Shown: positions 46,255-55,960, counted from the stretch's first letter. The stretch is DNA of 64,000 nucleotides from Minisyncoccota bacterium (GCA_041651395.1 JBAZJI010000001.1:635920-699919); one strand, 5' to 3'. Made by a program: numbers and translations. Notes: generated by a model from the sequence alone, not told the origin.

Positions 46255-48918
46255 TTATTTGGATTGGGGAACAATTACTTGTTGCACGAAATACGCCCCT
46301 TCGGAAAATATTCCGCAAGAGCCATATCCAATCTTAAAATATCCGCCAGCGCCTGGCCTTGGCCAATTCACGCCCCAGCTGTTCCTGACAATCCAAGCCT
46401 GCTCTTTGTCATCATAGCCCACAACCACAATCGAGTGATTGGTAGACCGACCAACCTTTGAACAAGCTACAACTGGTTTAGAATAATCAACCTTCACCCA
46501 TTCACCATCAACTTTTCCTCCAGCAAAATAAGAAGTAATTAATGGGCCCTTTTCGGTTAAAGCTCTCTTGATGGCGTCGGTATTGCCCGGCTCAATAAAG
46601 CCATAGTCGCTAATTCGCCACTGGCGAGAAGAAGCATCGACGCATTTATTGCAAGTTGGCTCGGGGCTTCCAGTGCGCCAATTCGTTGAATTATACGGGA
46701 AACACTGCTCATCAACCACACCACTCTTAAAGGCTTCCAAAGCGCCACCATCGGGGCCGCCATCTTTGCAGGATCCCTGCCCAGAACAAGAAATAATATC
46801 TTGCTCGCTCAAATTGATATCTAGATTGGCCATCTTTTCATCAATGTTGTATTTGGCTTCAATGGCCGCAGCCCCGGAAAAAGCCCAACATCCGCCACAA
46901 ATTCCTTGATTTTTTACTCCAGTCAACCAATTTTGTTTTTTATAATTCCGCCAATCAAAGGAAGCAACTAAACCATTATCCTGTATGGGCGCCTCTTCAA
47001 CCCCGTTAGTGCAATCCAAGGAGCAATCTTCAATGTCTTTGTAGCAGCGGCCATTGGTTTTACCTGGCATATTTTTATTGACTGCATCTGCGCATAGTTT
47101 CAAATCGTATCCTTGATATTGATAAGTTACGCTGCATTTGCCAGTCGCCTTTGTGCAAACATAAAACTTTTCGCCGCTAAAATTAGCCGGTGGTTTTTCT
47201 CCGACGATTTTACAATTCTTAGTGCATTCTGCTTTCTCCTCGTAGCACCAGCCATTTGTGCGCTTACCATACTTACCTAAAATATACGACTTGCAAACTG
47301 CCGGAGAGATTTGCGCTTGGTTTGTCTGGTAGCATTGCCCGGTATCATTCATGCAGAAAAAATATCTCACTCCTGACATTTTAGCGCAGGCTTCATTGCA
47401 GGCTTTTCTTTGATTTGCATCCGAAGCGTAACAGCGGCGATTCTTATCATTAGGGAAAGCCACTTTCAAAACATTGTTGCAATCGGTTAAGCTAGGCTTT
47501 TCGGTTGCAATACAAGTTGCCTTATCCTTTGGACAGAAATAATACGTGTAATACATCCTTCCGCCATTGCCACTGCTGCTAGGCTGCGAAGGCGCACTAG
47601 TTCCGCCAGACCGACAATTTTCATTACAGGCTCCCCGCTCTTCTTTATAATAACATCTCTTATTGGTGCCTTCACCGTATTTATCACGTAAGGCCTTATT
47701 ACAGGCTTCTTTAGACTGGTATTCACTGGCCGTTTCTGAGCATTCCGGACCATCTTTGCAGTAAACGTAAGTTTTAGCTTCTAGCTGCCGGCAACGGGCA
47801 TTACAAGTCGAAACATCACCAGTTTCATAACATACTTTAGAAGTGCCGCTGCCAAATTTCGTTTTCAAAAATTCATTGCAGGCAACCTGATCGGTATAAG
47901 CGTCTTTAGTCAGCACGCAATCTTCAAAATCCCTGTCGCAATAATTAAAAACCCTTTTGCTCTGATTCTTGCAAACAGAATCGCAAAGAGTCTGTTCGCT
48001 GGCCTTGTAGCAGAACTTATTTGTGCTATTACCAAAAATCCTCCTCAAGGCCGCATGACATTCATAAATATCGGAACCGCTGTAAACCGAGGCGGCAACC
48101 GGGCTGCAGGTTCCCAGATCAACCGGACAATAGAAAAATCCACCGACAGAATTACCGCTGGGGCCGGCGCCCGTGCGCACTAATACAAAATCGCCGTTTT
48201 GCCTCTCTCCATTAAACTCGCCCATCAAACGGATAAAATAATCATGATTCGGCTGCAAGCCGGTAATTGTTTCCACTGGCACCCAACCGCTACCTGTTTT
48301 TTGTTTCTTGCCACCGGGAGCCTGCTGATAATTAACCATATCCATTTCCCAAATCTCAAACCAATAAGTGGCGGTTTGGCCGCTCTTCAGGCCCTCCAGA
48401 CGCCCGCGCATATAAACAGTTGTCCCTTCAATTCTTTCCGGCGTCCAGGTAAAAGGATAAAAAGTGGTGCGAATATCAGCATCACTAGTGGCCGGAGAAG
48501 TATGGAAACAAACTTTATCCCCCAAAGGAACATTATAAGCACCCTGGGCCGAGTAATACATCTGAGCACAATAATCAAAATCGGGATTTAAGGGCGAAGC
48601 AAATTGGCTAAACCTAATCGGCGCATTCAAATTAACCGGCGGGTCAGTATTGACGCTGCGATAATCGAGCTGCCCTTGGTTATTGGCAGAAACCTTGAAG
48701 TAGACCGAAACAGAACTGTATTGGCCTAAGTCAACAAGGTTGCCATTCAAATATACACTATAAGGGGTTACGCTGCCGTAGGGCGGCGAGTCATTAAGCA
48801 GAGAAAAATTACCGGCCTTGGCTCTGGGCAAATCCTGCCAACCAAAATAAAAGTATGCCCCCAAGGATACAAAACAGATCAATGTAAACAGCAAAAATCG
48901 CCTAAAATTTTGCGTCAT
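46255..48918 (-). CDS. papain-family (C1) cysteine peptidase with N-terminal anchor and six 6-Cys repeats
   Basis: The C-terminal catalytic domain has NQGICGGCWAFS (Cys), NHSIVVVGYD (His), and RNSWG. The middle holds six ~58-aa repeats (Y/F)xC-x5-6-C-x12-14-C-x14-15-C-x7-9-C-x3-C. Confidence 0.8.
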   Translation of the reverse strand: MTQNFRRFLLFTLICFVSLGAYFYFGWQDLPRAKAGNFSLLNDSPPYGSVTPYSVYLNGNLVDLGQYSSVSVYFKVSANNQGQLDYRSVNTDPPVNLNAPIRFSQFASPLNPDFDYCAQMYYSAQGAYNVPLGDKVCFHTSPATSDADIRTTFYPFTWTPERIEGTTVYMRGRLEGLKSGQTATYWFEIWEMDMVNYQQAPGGKKQKTGSGWVPVETITGLQPNHDYFIRLMGEFNGERQNGDFVLVRTGAGPSGNSVGGFFYCPVDLGTCSPVAASVYSGSDIYECHAALRRIFGNSTNKFCYKASEQTLCDSVCKNQSKRVFNYCDRDFEDCVLTKDAYTDQVACNEFLKTKFGSGTSKVCYETGDVSTCNARCRQLEAKTYVYCKDGPECSETASEYQSKEACNKALRDKYGEGTNKRCYYKEERGACNENCRSGGTSAPSQPSSSGNGGRMYYTYYFCPKDKATCIATEKPSLTDCNNVLKVAFPNDKNRRCYASDANQRKACNEACAKMSGVRYFFCMNDTGQCYQTNQAQISPAVCKSYILGKYGKRTNGWCYEEKAECTKNCKIVGEKPPANFSGEKFYVCTKATGKCSVTYQYQGYDLKLCADAVNKNMPGKTNGRCYKDIEDCSLDCTNGVEEAPIQDNGLVASFDWRNYKKQNWLTGVKNQGICGGCWAFSGAAAIEAKYNIDEKMANLDINLSEQDIISCSGQGSCKDGGPDGGALEAFKSGVVDEQCFPYNSTNWRTGSPEPTCNKCVDASSRQWRISDYGFIEPGNTDAIKRALTEKGPLITSYFAGGKVDGEWVKVDYSKPVVACSKVGRSTNHSIVVVGYDDKEQAWIVRNSWGVNWPRPGAGGYFKIGYGSCGIFSEGAYFVQQVIVPQSK

Positions 48919-49004
48919 ATAAACAATATGCGTTTAATGAATTATACCAAACGCAATACGCGCACGAAAGTGTGGAAAACTAAAGTTATGAACAGGTGTA
49001 AAAA

Positions 49005-50189
49005 TTAAGCGTTTTCTTTTTGCGGATTGCTTCCTAAAAAGAAAAATAAAACCAAAGCTAAAGCAGCGAAGGCCGAACCAAAATAAAATGGTGCCTGATG
49101 GGAAACTCTATCCCACAAAAACCCCGCCACTACCGAGGAAAGCAACACGCCCAAACCAATTACGAGCTGATAAATTCCAAAAGCGGTGGCAATATTTTCC
49201 TTGGGAACTAATTTCGCAATATAAGCCTTCCCGACCCCGTCACTAAAAGAAAAATATAACCCGTAAGCGGCGGCCATTAGCCACACCATGCTGCCATTTA
49301 GAGCTTGGCCAAAAGCAAAATAAACCGTGGCGAAAATGGCAAGACCGAAAAGCAGAGCATTTTTCTCCCCGACTTTATCTGAAATTATACCCGCGTAAGT
49401 GGCAGTGGAAGCAAAAATAAAATTCAATAAAACATAAGCCCAAACAGTCGCGCTTACCGATAATCCCAAATCTTGGGCGCGCAAAATCAGAAAAGCATCT
49501 GAGCTATTCCCGAGGGCAAAAATCGCACTGATGAAAATAAATACTTTGAAATTCCGCGGCATTGCCCGCCAGTCAAATCGGAATTTTTTAACCGCGACAG
49601 TATCGGTCTTAGGCTTTTCTTTAACCAAAGCGGCCAAAATAAGCACACCTACTACCGAGGGTATACCGGCAAACAAAAAAACTTTATTGAAATTGTTTCC
49701 AAAAAATCCCAAAGCGTAAATAGCCAAAATAGGCCCGATAACCGCCCCCATAGTATCCATAGCCCGATGCAAGCCGAAAGCCTTGCCCTCAATGCCTTTT
49801 ATCTTATCGTCAGCAATCAAGGCATCCCGAGGGGTAGTGCGCACGCCCTTGCCGGTCCTGTCCAAAAACCTCGCAAAAAGGACAAAGGGCCAGGAATTTG
49901 CCCAACTCAATAAAAACTTTGATATGGCCGAAAGAGAATAACCGGCCACCACTAAAGATTTGCGCTTTTGGAATTTATCAGAAAAATATCCAGAAAAAAC
50001 TTTTAAGATACTTGCTGTAGCTTCCGCAACGCCCTCGATTAAGCCAACGACTGCCGCCGGTGCGCCCAAAACCGATTTCAAAAAAATCGGCACTATCGGG
50101 TAAATCATTTCCGAGGAAAGGTCGTTAAAAAAACTGACCAACCCTAAAACAATAATGTTTTTAGGAACACTTGGTTTATTTTCTTGCAT
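49005..50189 (-). CDS. MFS transporter
   Basis: About 12 TM helices, with the RFLDRTGKGVRTTPRDAL loop motif typical of MFS. Confidence 0.8.
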   Translation of the reverse strand: MQENKPSVPKNIIVLGLVSFFNDLSSEMIYPIVPIFLKSVLGAPAAVVGLIEGVAEATASILKVFSGYFSDKFQKRKSLVVAGYSLSAISKFLLSWANSWPFVLFARFLDRTGKGVRTTPRDALIADDKIKGIEGKAFGLHRAMDTMGAVIGPILAIYALGFFGNNFNKVFLFAGIPSVVGVLILAALVKEKPKTDTVAVKKFRFDWRAMPRNFKVFIFISAIFALGNSSDAFLILRAQDLGLSVSATVWAYVLLNFIFASTATYAGIISDKVGEKNALLFGLAIFATVYFAFGQALNGSMVWLMAAAYGLYFSFSDGVGKAYIAKLVPKENIATAFGIYQLVIGLGVLLSSVVAGFLWDRVSHQAPFYFGSAFAALALVLFFFLGSNPQKENA

Positions 50190-50193
50190 ATTA

Positions 50194-51414
50194 TTAAAAG
50201 CTGATTATTTCCTCAAAAACCCTAATGGCGAATTGGTCGGTCATGCCGGAGATAAAGTCGATAATAGAGCGCAAATACTGGCTCTCATTTTCTAACTTAT
50301 ATAAAACTTTATTTTGATATTTTCGCTCGGCGCTATAAGCAAGGGCATTGGAATATTTTTCCAACCAACCGTAAAAAATCGGGGCAATGGTCGGATATTT
50401 GAATTGGTCATCGCGGACAAAACGCATCGTATCCTTGCCTTCATAATATTCTTTAAGAAATTTATAAATCGTCCTGATGACCAGCTCGGCGTATTCGTGA
50501 TAATTATTGAGCCTTTCATGCAGATAAATATTTTCGTAATTGAAGGCAACAATATCGCGAAGCATTTGGAATTTTTGGGCCGAAAAGCAAATGCCTTTTT
50601 GGGGACTACTCTCTTCGCAAAGGTCTTTGATGAGCTGATGCATAATAATAGTATTGTTCACATCGGCTAAATCGGCATTTATTATCCGACGCAACCCATC
50701 AAGCTGGGTATCACTTAAAATCCCCAAGGTCAGTGCGTCCTCAATATCCCGCCCCAGATAAGCAACTTTATCAGCAATTTTAACCACGCAAGCCTCCCAA
50801 GAATACGGCCGATACTCATTGGGCCGGTTTATGCTCTCCAGAGCCACGGCCTCCTCGCGCGGGATAAGACCGTTTTCATTGACCTCCCCGCAATGGCTGA
50901 TAATTCCGTCGCGCACCGCATAGGTTAAATTCAAATTCCTCTCATGCCCAGTCGAATCGGGTAAAGTTTCAATATTATCGACAAAATGCAAACTATTTTT
51001 TTCATGCCACATGGCCTGTTTGAGCTCGGTAGCGGCAATATCGCTTAAAGTCTGCTCCCCGCGATGGCCAAAAGGCGCATGTCCAAGATCGTGGCCCAAG
51101 GCAATAGCTGAGGCCAGTTCAGTATCGAGCCCTAATTGCTTAGCAATGGAATAGCTCACGCTATTAACATGATTAACATGTTCCATACGCGTGCAAATAT
51201 GATCGTTGCGTGTGGCAAAAAAGACTTGAGTTTTGTGCTTGAGCCGGCGAAAGGCATTGCAGTGCAGGATCCTATTACCGTCAATTTCAAATTCACTTCG
51301 GTATTCGCCCCGGCGCCCCGAACCGTTGCTGCGCTGGATATATTGTTCCCATTTTGGATTGTTTTCCTTGGCGGCCACCTCTTTGAAAATTTGCATGATT
51401 ATGGTGTTGTTCAT
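50194..51414 (-). CDS. dGTPase-like HD-domain triphosphohydrolase
   Basis: RLKHKTQV, TRMEHVNHV, and GHDLGHAPFGH motifs of the Dgt family. Confidence 0.8.
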   Translation of the reverse strand: MNNTIIMQIFKEVAAKENNPKWEQYIQRSNGSGRRGEYRSEFEIDGNRILHCNAFRRLKHKTQVFFATRNDHICTRMEHVNHVNSVSYSIAKQLGLDTELASAIALGHDLGHAPFGHRGEQTLSDIAATELKQAMWHEKNSLHFVDNIETLPDSTGHERNLNLTYAVRDGIISHCGEVNENGLIPREEAVALESINRPNEYRPYSWEACVVKIADKVAYLGRDIEDALTLGILSDTQLDGLRRIINADLADVNNTIIMHQLIKDLCEESSPQKGICFSAQKFQMLRDIVAFNYENIYLHERLNNYHEYAELVIRTIYKFLKEYYEGKDTMRFVRDDQFKYPTIAPIFYGWLEKYSNALAYSAERKYQNKVLYKLENESQYLRSIIDFISGMTDQFAIRVFEEIISF

Positions 51415-51475
51415 AAATCATAGCATAAAAAGCGTCTTGCAATCTACCGGGGTATTCATGCTATAATGCGCTGCC

Positions 51476-52306
51476 ATGAAAAAACAGACTAAAAACTTGA
51501 TATTAGCCGCCGGCCTCATTTTAGCCGCCTTTTTCATTTGGGGCCTAATCGAGCCCTTCATGCTCGATATAAAAGTTTTAACCGTAAAAGATTCGCAAAT
51601 CCCCACCTCCTTTGACGGCAAAAAAATACTTTTTGTCACCGATGTGCACTGTGGAGCCTTCTTCCCCATTAACCGCACCAAGCAATTCATCAATTCCCTT
51701 AATGCCCTCAAGCCCGACCTTGTTTTGATGGGTGGAGATTATATTCAATGGAATGACACAAAGATCGATGAATGCATCAAGGCTTTTGCCGGGTTAAAAG
51801 CGCCTTTAGGCGTAATTGGCGTATTGGGCAACCATGATATGCGCGTGGATAAATTCAAAGGCGTTGCCATGGAAAAAATGCTGGAAGGAGCCGGTATTAC
51901 TATCCTCAACGATCAGCTAAAAAAGGTGGTTAATAATAATGAAAGTATCACGGTGGCAGGCGTAGATTATTTTTCTACCGCGGCCCAATGGAAAAAAATC
52001 CAAGCCAAGCTCGATGACAAATCTTTCAATATATTACTGGCCCATGACCCGGATTTTGTCTTGGAGGCCAAACCTAAAAATATTTCTTTGTCTTTAGCAG
52101 GCCATACGCATGGCGGCCAAGTGACTTTTTTCGGCCTATTTGCCCCACTGACCCATAGTAAATTTGGTCAAGATAATTTTACCGGAGTGAAGGTATTCGA
52201 TAAAAAACCATTTGTTATATCCAATGGTGTAGGAACAACTTTTTTACCCATTCGTTTTTTTGCTCGGCCAGATATCTATATTATCAATCTTCAAAAGGCG
52301 CCCTAA
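51476..52306 (+). CDS. membrane-anchored metallophosphoesterase (YaeI-like)
   Basis: VTDVHCG, GGDY, GNHD, and GHTHGGQ motifs. N-terminal TM helix. Confidence 0.8.
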   Translation: MKKQTKNLILAAGLILAAFFIWGLIEPFMLDIKVLTVKDSQIPTSFDGKKILFVTDVHCGAFFPINRTKQFINSLNALKPDLVLMGGDYIQWNDTKIDECIKAFAGLKAPLGVIGVLGNHDMRVDKFKGVAMEKMLEGAGITILNDQLKKVVNNNESITVAGVDYFSTAAQWKKIQAKLDDKSFNILLAHDPDFVLEAKPKNISLSLAGHTHGGQVTFFGLFAPLTHSKFGQDNFTGVKVFDKKPFVISNGVGTTFLPIRFFARPDIYIINLQKAP

Positions 52307-52322
52307 AGGCGCTTTTTTCTTA

Positions 52323-52350
52323 TTGACAAATATCTATACTATGGTAAAAT
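52323..52350 (+). promoter_or_regulatory. sigma70-type promoter (extended -10) for 52392..52910
   Basis: TTGACA, 16 nt ending in TGg, then TAAAAT. Confidence 0.45.
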
Positions 52351-52391
52351 AACAATATTGGAATTTAACATCAGCATATAAGGAGGTATGC

Positions 52392-52910
52392 ATGCCGAAA
52401 GCAACGTTGAAAGAATCAAGAGACTGGAGGGATATCCTGAATTTAATTTTCCACACAAAAAGAGTATCATCCGGGACAAGATTTAATGCGCTTGAAGTCT
52501 GCCAACAAACGATGCATTTGTTCCAAAGCTACATCGGGCTAGACCCTTTCCGTTTCAGAACTGTTGAGGCTATTTTGCCCAAAGATCGTTGGGCAAAAAA
52601 TTATCTTGAAGATTTTGTTAAAGCCCGCAACAATCCCAACAACAAAGAAGTTTGCTCTCACCTGCTCTTTGTTAGGGTTGTTACAGCGGCCGAAAGTTAC
52701 GATGGCGCTGACAATTCCTGCCCGGCCTGCCGCCAAGCTCTCGACCTGCTATGCGAGCTCTATCATAGCATTAAGCATCACAACCGCAGCGAAGAAAGGC
52801 AAGCCATGTCGGAAATCAAAAGAATTTGCCCAGAGGCTGAGCGCCACGGCAACACCGACACTATCACTGCCATTTTGAAAAATGCCATTAATACCGATTT
52901 CAAAGAGTAA
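52392..52910 (+). CDS. hypothetical protein
   Basis: 172-aa ORF with RBS AAGGAGG before the ATG and a terminator hairpin at 52927-52947. Confidence 0.5.
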   Translation: MPKATLKESRDWRDILNLIFHTKRVSSGTRFNALEVCQQTMHLFQSYIGLDPFRFRTVEAILPKDRWAKNYLEDFVKARNNPNNKEVCSHLLFVRVVTAAESYDGADNSCPACRQALDLLCELYHSIKHHNRSEERQAMSEIKRICPEAERHGNTDTITAILKNAINTDFKE

Positions 52911-52951
52911 ACAGCCTCCAAAAAAAATCCCCTGCCTCGCAGGGGATCTTA

Positions 52952-53500
52952 TTATTTAATAGAGTAAATATAAAGTTTCTTCTGGGGACTGCTCTCCAAT
53001 TCTATTACCTTATCATATTTCCATGAAGAAAATTGAAATCCGTAACTTGCCACTAAAGCGCCTTTTTTCATCTCTTGCTTAAACTTTGGCTCCAATGCAT
53101 CCACCACATCTTGCCAAAGGTAGCAATAAACTATATCAGCATTTTTTATATCAGCATCAAACATATTGCCAAAAATAATTTTAGCCTTGCTCCCGCTTAA
53201 AAATCCGCGGAAGTTTGCCAAAAAATATGGCCAATAGCCCAACTCATAACCCGTGGCCCGGGCTTGGTATTTTTTTTCGCAAGCAAAAAGAAATCTCCCG
53301 TCGCCACAACCCAAATCAAAAACCTCACCCCCTTTTTTAAGCGGCAGCTTCTCGATTATCTCCTTAATGGTTTTGGCCGGCGTAGAAACAAAAGGCACGC
53401 GTACAAAAATTTTATCATAGAGTATGACTGCCATTATCAAAAACCAAATGATAACGGCAAAAACGATAACAGAATAGATGATTAAAATAATATCCAACAT
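52952..53500 (-). CDS. membrane-anchored class I SAM-dependent methyltransferase
   Basis: N-terminal TM helix and SAM motif VFDLGCGDGRF. Confidence 0.7.
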   Translation of the reverse strand: MLDIILIIYSVIVFAVIIWFLIMAVILYDKIFVRVPFVSTPAKTIKEIIEKLPLKKGGEVFDLGCGDGRFLFACEKKYQARATGYELGYWPYFLANFRGFLSGSKAKIIFGNMFDADIKNADIVYCYLWQDVVDALEPKFKQEMKKGALVASYGFQFSSWKYDKVIELESSPQKKLYIYSIK

Positions 53501-53530
53501 AATAATTGATTTTAGCTAATCTGGCGGATA

Positions 53531-53559
53531 AAAAAAGCCCTGCCGCTCTCACGGCAGGG
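53531..53559 (-). terminator. intrinsic terminator downstream of the RRM gene
   Basis: ccctgccg-ctctca-cggcaggg, followed by a T-run on the minus strand. Confidence 0.6.
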
Positions 53560-53571
53560 ATTAAGGCAAAC

Positions 53572-53850
53572 TTACTGACCCGTTTTAGCCGGATCCCTTG
53601 GGACCATGGGCCGGGCCTCACTTACAAAAATCTGGCGCCCGTCAAAATCCTTTTCATTAAACATTGAAATGGCGTTTTGTGCTCCAGCATCATCAGCCAT
53701 CTCCACAAAGCCAAAGCCCTTGGAACGGCCCGTAAACTTATCTTTGATTATCTGGACAGCTGCCACTTCCCCGGCCTGCCCGAAATGCGCTTTCATCGCA
53801 TCCTCAGTGGCTTTGTATGGAAGATTGCCAACGTATAGTTTCTTATTCAT
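53572..53850 (-). CDS. RRM-type RNA-binding protein
   Basis: RNP2 KLYVGNL and RNP1 KGFGFVEM. Confidence 0.85.
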   Translation of the reverse strand: MNKKLYVGNLPYKATEDAMKAHFGQAGEVAAVQIIKDKFTGRSKGFGFVEMADDAGAQNAISMFNEKDFDGRQIFVSEARPMVPRDPAKTGQ

Positions 53851-54022
53851 TGCTAATGCAAAAATTATTAAGACCTTTTTGCTTTCTTGCCCTCTTTGAG
53901 CCTTAAGGCTTTTATCGGCACAAACGCTTCAAAAAAGCTGCTTCATTATACAGCGTGAAAGATTAGGCGGTCAAAATATTTTTCCACCGGAAGTCCCAAA
54001 TTCCCAAGACTGGCAAGGGTAT

Positions 54023-54050
54023 TTGACAATTATATTGTATATGCTATAAT
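54023..54050 (+). promoter_or_regulatory. consensus sigma70 promoter for 54096..54377
   Basis: TTGACA, 16 nt, TATAAT. Confidence 0.55.
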
Positions 54051-54095
54051 TAGGTAGTCACTTAAAACCATCATATTTTTACTGGAGGAAACTAC

Positions 54096-54377
54096 ATGGC
54101 AGAGACAAATAACCAAGTGAGCGAGCAAGATCGCCACAACCAAGAGCGCGGAATCTTGCGCGGCCACGACATCAGCAATGTTGTTGAGAACTTGGAAAAT
54201 GGGAAATCTAACCATGAATGCCAACATTTTTTCGAGATTGCATTTTGGGATACCCAACGTTTTGGGGAACGACAAGCAAAAATCAAAGTGCTCAAAGGGG
54301 AATTTACCCAAATGTATTCCCTGCTGCGCTGCAAACACTGCGGAAGGGAAAAAATATTTTTGTATGTCATGAAATAG
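54096..54377 (+). CDS. hypothetical small protein (possible CxxH...CxxC metal site)
   Basis: 93-aa ORF with RBS GGAGGA 7 nt before the ATG, downstream of a consensus promoter. Contains HECQH and CKHC. Confidence 0.5.
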   Translation: MAETNNQVSEQDRHNQERGILRGHDISNVVENLENGKSNHECQHFFEIAFWDTQRFGERQAKIKVLKGEFTQMYSLLRCKHCGREKIFLYVMK

Positions 54378-54583
54378 CAAACCTCTTGGCCCCGCTTTAT
54401 CATGCTGCCTAAGTCAATCCTCCGGCAGCCCGCCATAAAAAACGCTGCGATTTTGTCGATCGGTTCTGGTTGAACTAAATAGCGAAAGGCGTAAAGCGTT
54501 GCCCACGTAAAGCCTGCTGGATCCGGATAGAACCTCCTTTCTACCGGGTCTGGCAGGCATATTAAAACAAAAGGTTGTCATTA

Positions 54584-54612
54584 TTGACAGCCTTCTATTT
54601 TTATATTATAAT
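54584..54612 (+). promoter_or_regulatory. consensus sigma70 promoter for 54642..55007
   Basis: TTGACA, 17 nt, TATAAT. Confidence 0.55.
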
Positions 54613-54641
54613 AATACCAGATTGTTAAAAAGGAGGTTTAC

Positions 54642-55007
54642 GTGGCGAAAAAAGACACTGACGAATTTGAAACTAAAATCCTATTACCCGATAAAAATAA
54701 TCGGCGCGAGAGGATGCTTGCCATGGTAAAGCGCGCCCAACCACCCCTCTCTCCAGAGGCTCTAAGGGTCGCCAAAAATTTGGCCAAAAATTTTGATTGT
54801 TTGGAAAATCCCCAAAAATTCAACGAACAGTTGCCAAAATCTTTACAAGAATTACATTTTGAAAAATGTAACCCCTACCTCAAAATAAAAATCGGTAGAG
54901 AGATCCATCGCATCGCTTCATTTGTTTTTACTATGCCCGATGAATACGCTTGTGTAATGGAGAGCATCAAAAACACCATCTTAATAATGTCTATCCCTAA
55001 CGAATAG
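54642..55007 (+). CDS. hypothetical protein
   Basis: 121-aa ORF with a GTG start after AAAGGAGG. Terminator hairpin at 55008-55032. Confidence 0.5.
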   Translation: MAKKDTDEFETKILLPDKNNRRERMLAMVKRAQPPLSPEALRVAKNLAKNFDCLENPQKFNEQLPKSLQELHFEKCNPYLKIKIGREIHRIASFVFTMPDEYACVMESIKNTILIMSIPNE

Positions 55008-55046
55008 TCCGCAGATATGCGGCTCTTTTTTTATCAAAAATGCAAT

Positions 55047-55075
55047 TTGACGCGGCCAAATGGCAATGCTACAAA
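55047..55075 (+). promoter_or_regulatory. sigma70-type promoter (extended -10) for 55110..55457
   Basis: TTGACG, 17 nt ending in TGc, then TACAAA. Confidence 0.45.
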
Positions 55076-55109
55076 GAAAACAGAACCCTAAAAAGAAAGG
55101 AGGTGGCAA

Positions 55110-55457
55110 ATGCCCCTGATAATCGAGGATTCTACGAAGATTATCGAAAAGCTAAATCGTATCGACAGGCTAATGCCCGGCTTAAACCAAATTTTTTATA
55201 AAATGGTCTACAGGCTGGCTGATCGCCTGCCCTTCATACTGACGCCGGCCAAGTTCGTAAAGTTTTACAACGAAACCGTTCAAGGTATGAACTTAGGCAA
55301 TCAAGGCCACTATCCTTCCGACACTCTCGCCCTACTCCAAGGAATGCTACCGCAACTCGCTAAAGCCGTCTTTGATGACGAATTTTATGAAGCGGTTGTA
55401 AACATACGCGCCCAACAAAACCAACAATTTATGCCCGACCGATTTGCCAAAAAATAA
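55110..55457 (+). CDS. hypothetical protein
   Basis: 115-aa ORF with RBS AAAGGAGG. Followed by a bidirectional hairpin at 55457-55474. Confidence 0.5.
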   Translation: MPLIIEDSTKIIEKLNRIDRLMPGLNQIFYKMVYRLADRLPFILTPAKFVKFYNETVQGMNLGNQGHYPSDTLALLQGMLPQLAKAVFDDEFYEAVVNIRAQQNQQFMPDRFAKK

Positions 55458-55475
55458 TCCGCCTGCGCGGATTTT

Positions 55476-55955
55476 TCATTTGAGTAATTTTTCGGCCCAA
55501 GCAATAGCCTTAGCTAAACAATTTTCTTCAGTGTTAAAAAGCGGATCAATGAAATCAATTTCGGAAACAACTTTGGCCCCTTTCAAATTATTTCTAAGAT
55601 TTTCAAAAGCTTTGCCCAAAGCTCCGCCGTGGCAAACAAAAATCGCCACATTCTTTTGCGCAAAATCATTAGCACAGACAAAACTATAAAGTGCCGGAGA
55701 GCAGTTAGATGCCCAAATCGGCGAGCCCAAAACAACAAAATCATAATCGGCCAATTTCTTCTCTATAGACAAAAGCTCAGGTTTTTCATTCATAACCGCT
55801 TGCTTGCCCCGCCAAAACATTTTAAGCAAACCCTTCCCCCCATCATCATGTTTGGGCTTAATTTCCGCCAAATCTGCCGCTAAAGTTTTAGCCACAGCCT
55901 CGGCAATAAATTTTGTATTACCGGTCAAAGAATAGTAAACAACTAAAGTTTTCAT
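55476..55955 (-). CDS. flavodoxin
   Basis: MKTLVVYYSLTGNTKFIAEAVA is the FMN-binding N-terminus. Confidence 0.8.
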   Translation of the reverse strand: MKTLVVYYSLTGNTKFIAEAVAKTLAADLAEIKPKHDDGGKGLLKMFWRGKQAVMNEKPELLSIEKKLADYDFVVLGSPIWASNCSPALYSFVCANDFAQKNVAIFVCHGGALGKAFENLRNNLKGAKVVSEIDFIDPLFNTEENCLAKAIAWAEKLLK

Positions 55956-55960
55956 ATCAG

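Noticed and set aside
50194-51414. dGTPase-like HD protein considered as an anti-phage dNTP-depletion defence gene.
   Set aside because: It sits among ordinary core genes (MFS transporter, phosphoesterase) and outside the island. Housekeeping Dgt-like enzymes are common, and I have no evidence for a defence role.
54092-54436. 114-aa minus-strand ORF overlapping the 93-aa plus-strand ORF.
   Set aside because: The plus-strand ORF has a consensus TTGACA-16-TATAAT promoter and a GGAGG RBS. The minus-strand ORF has neither.
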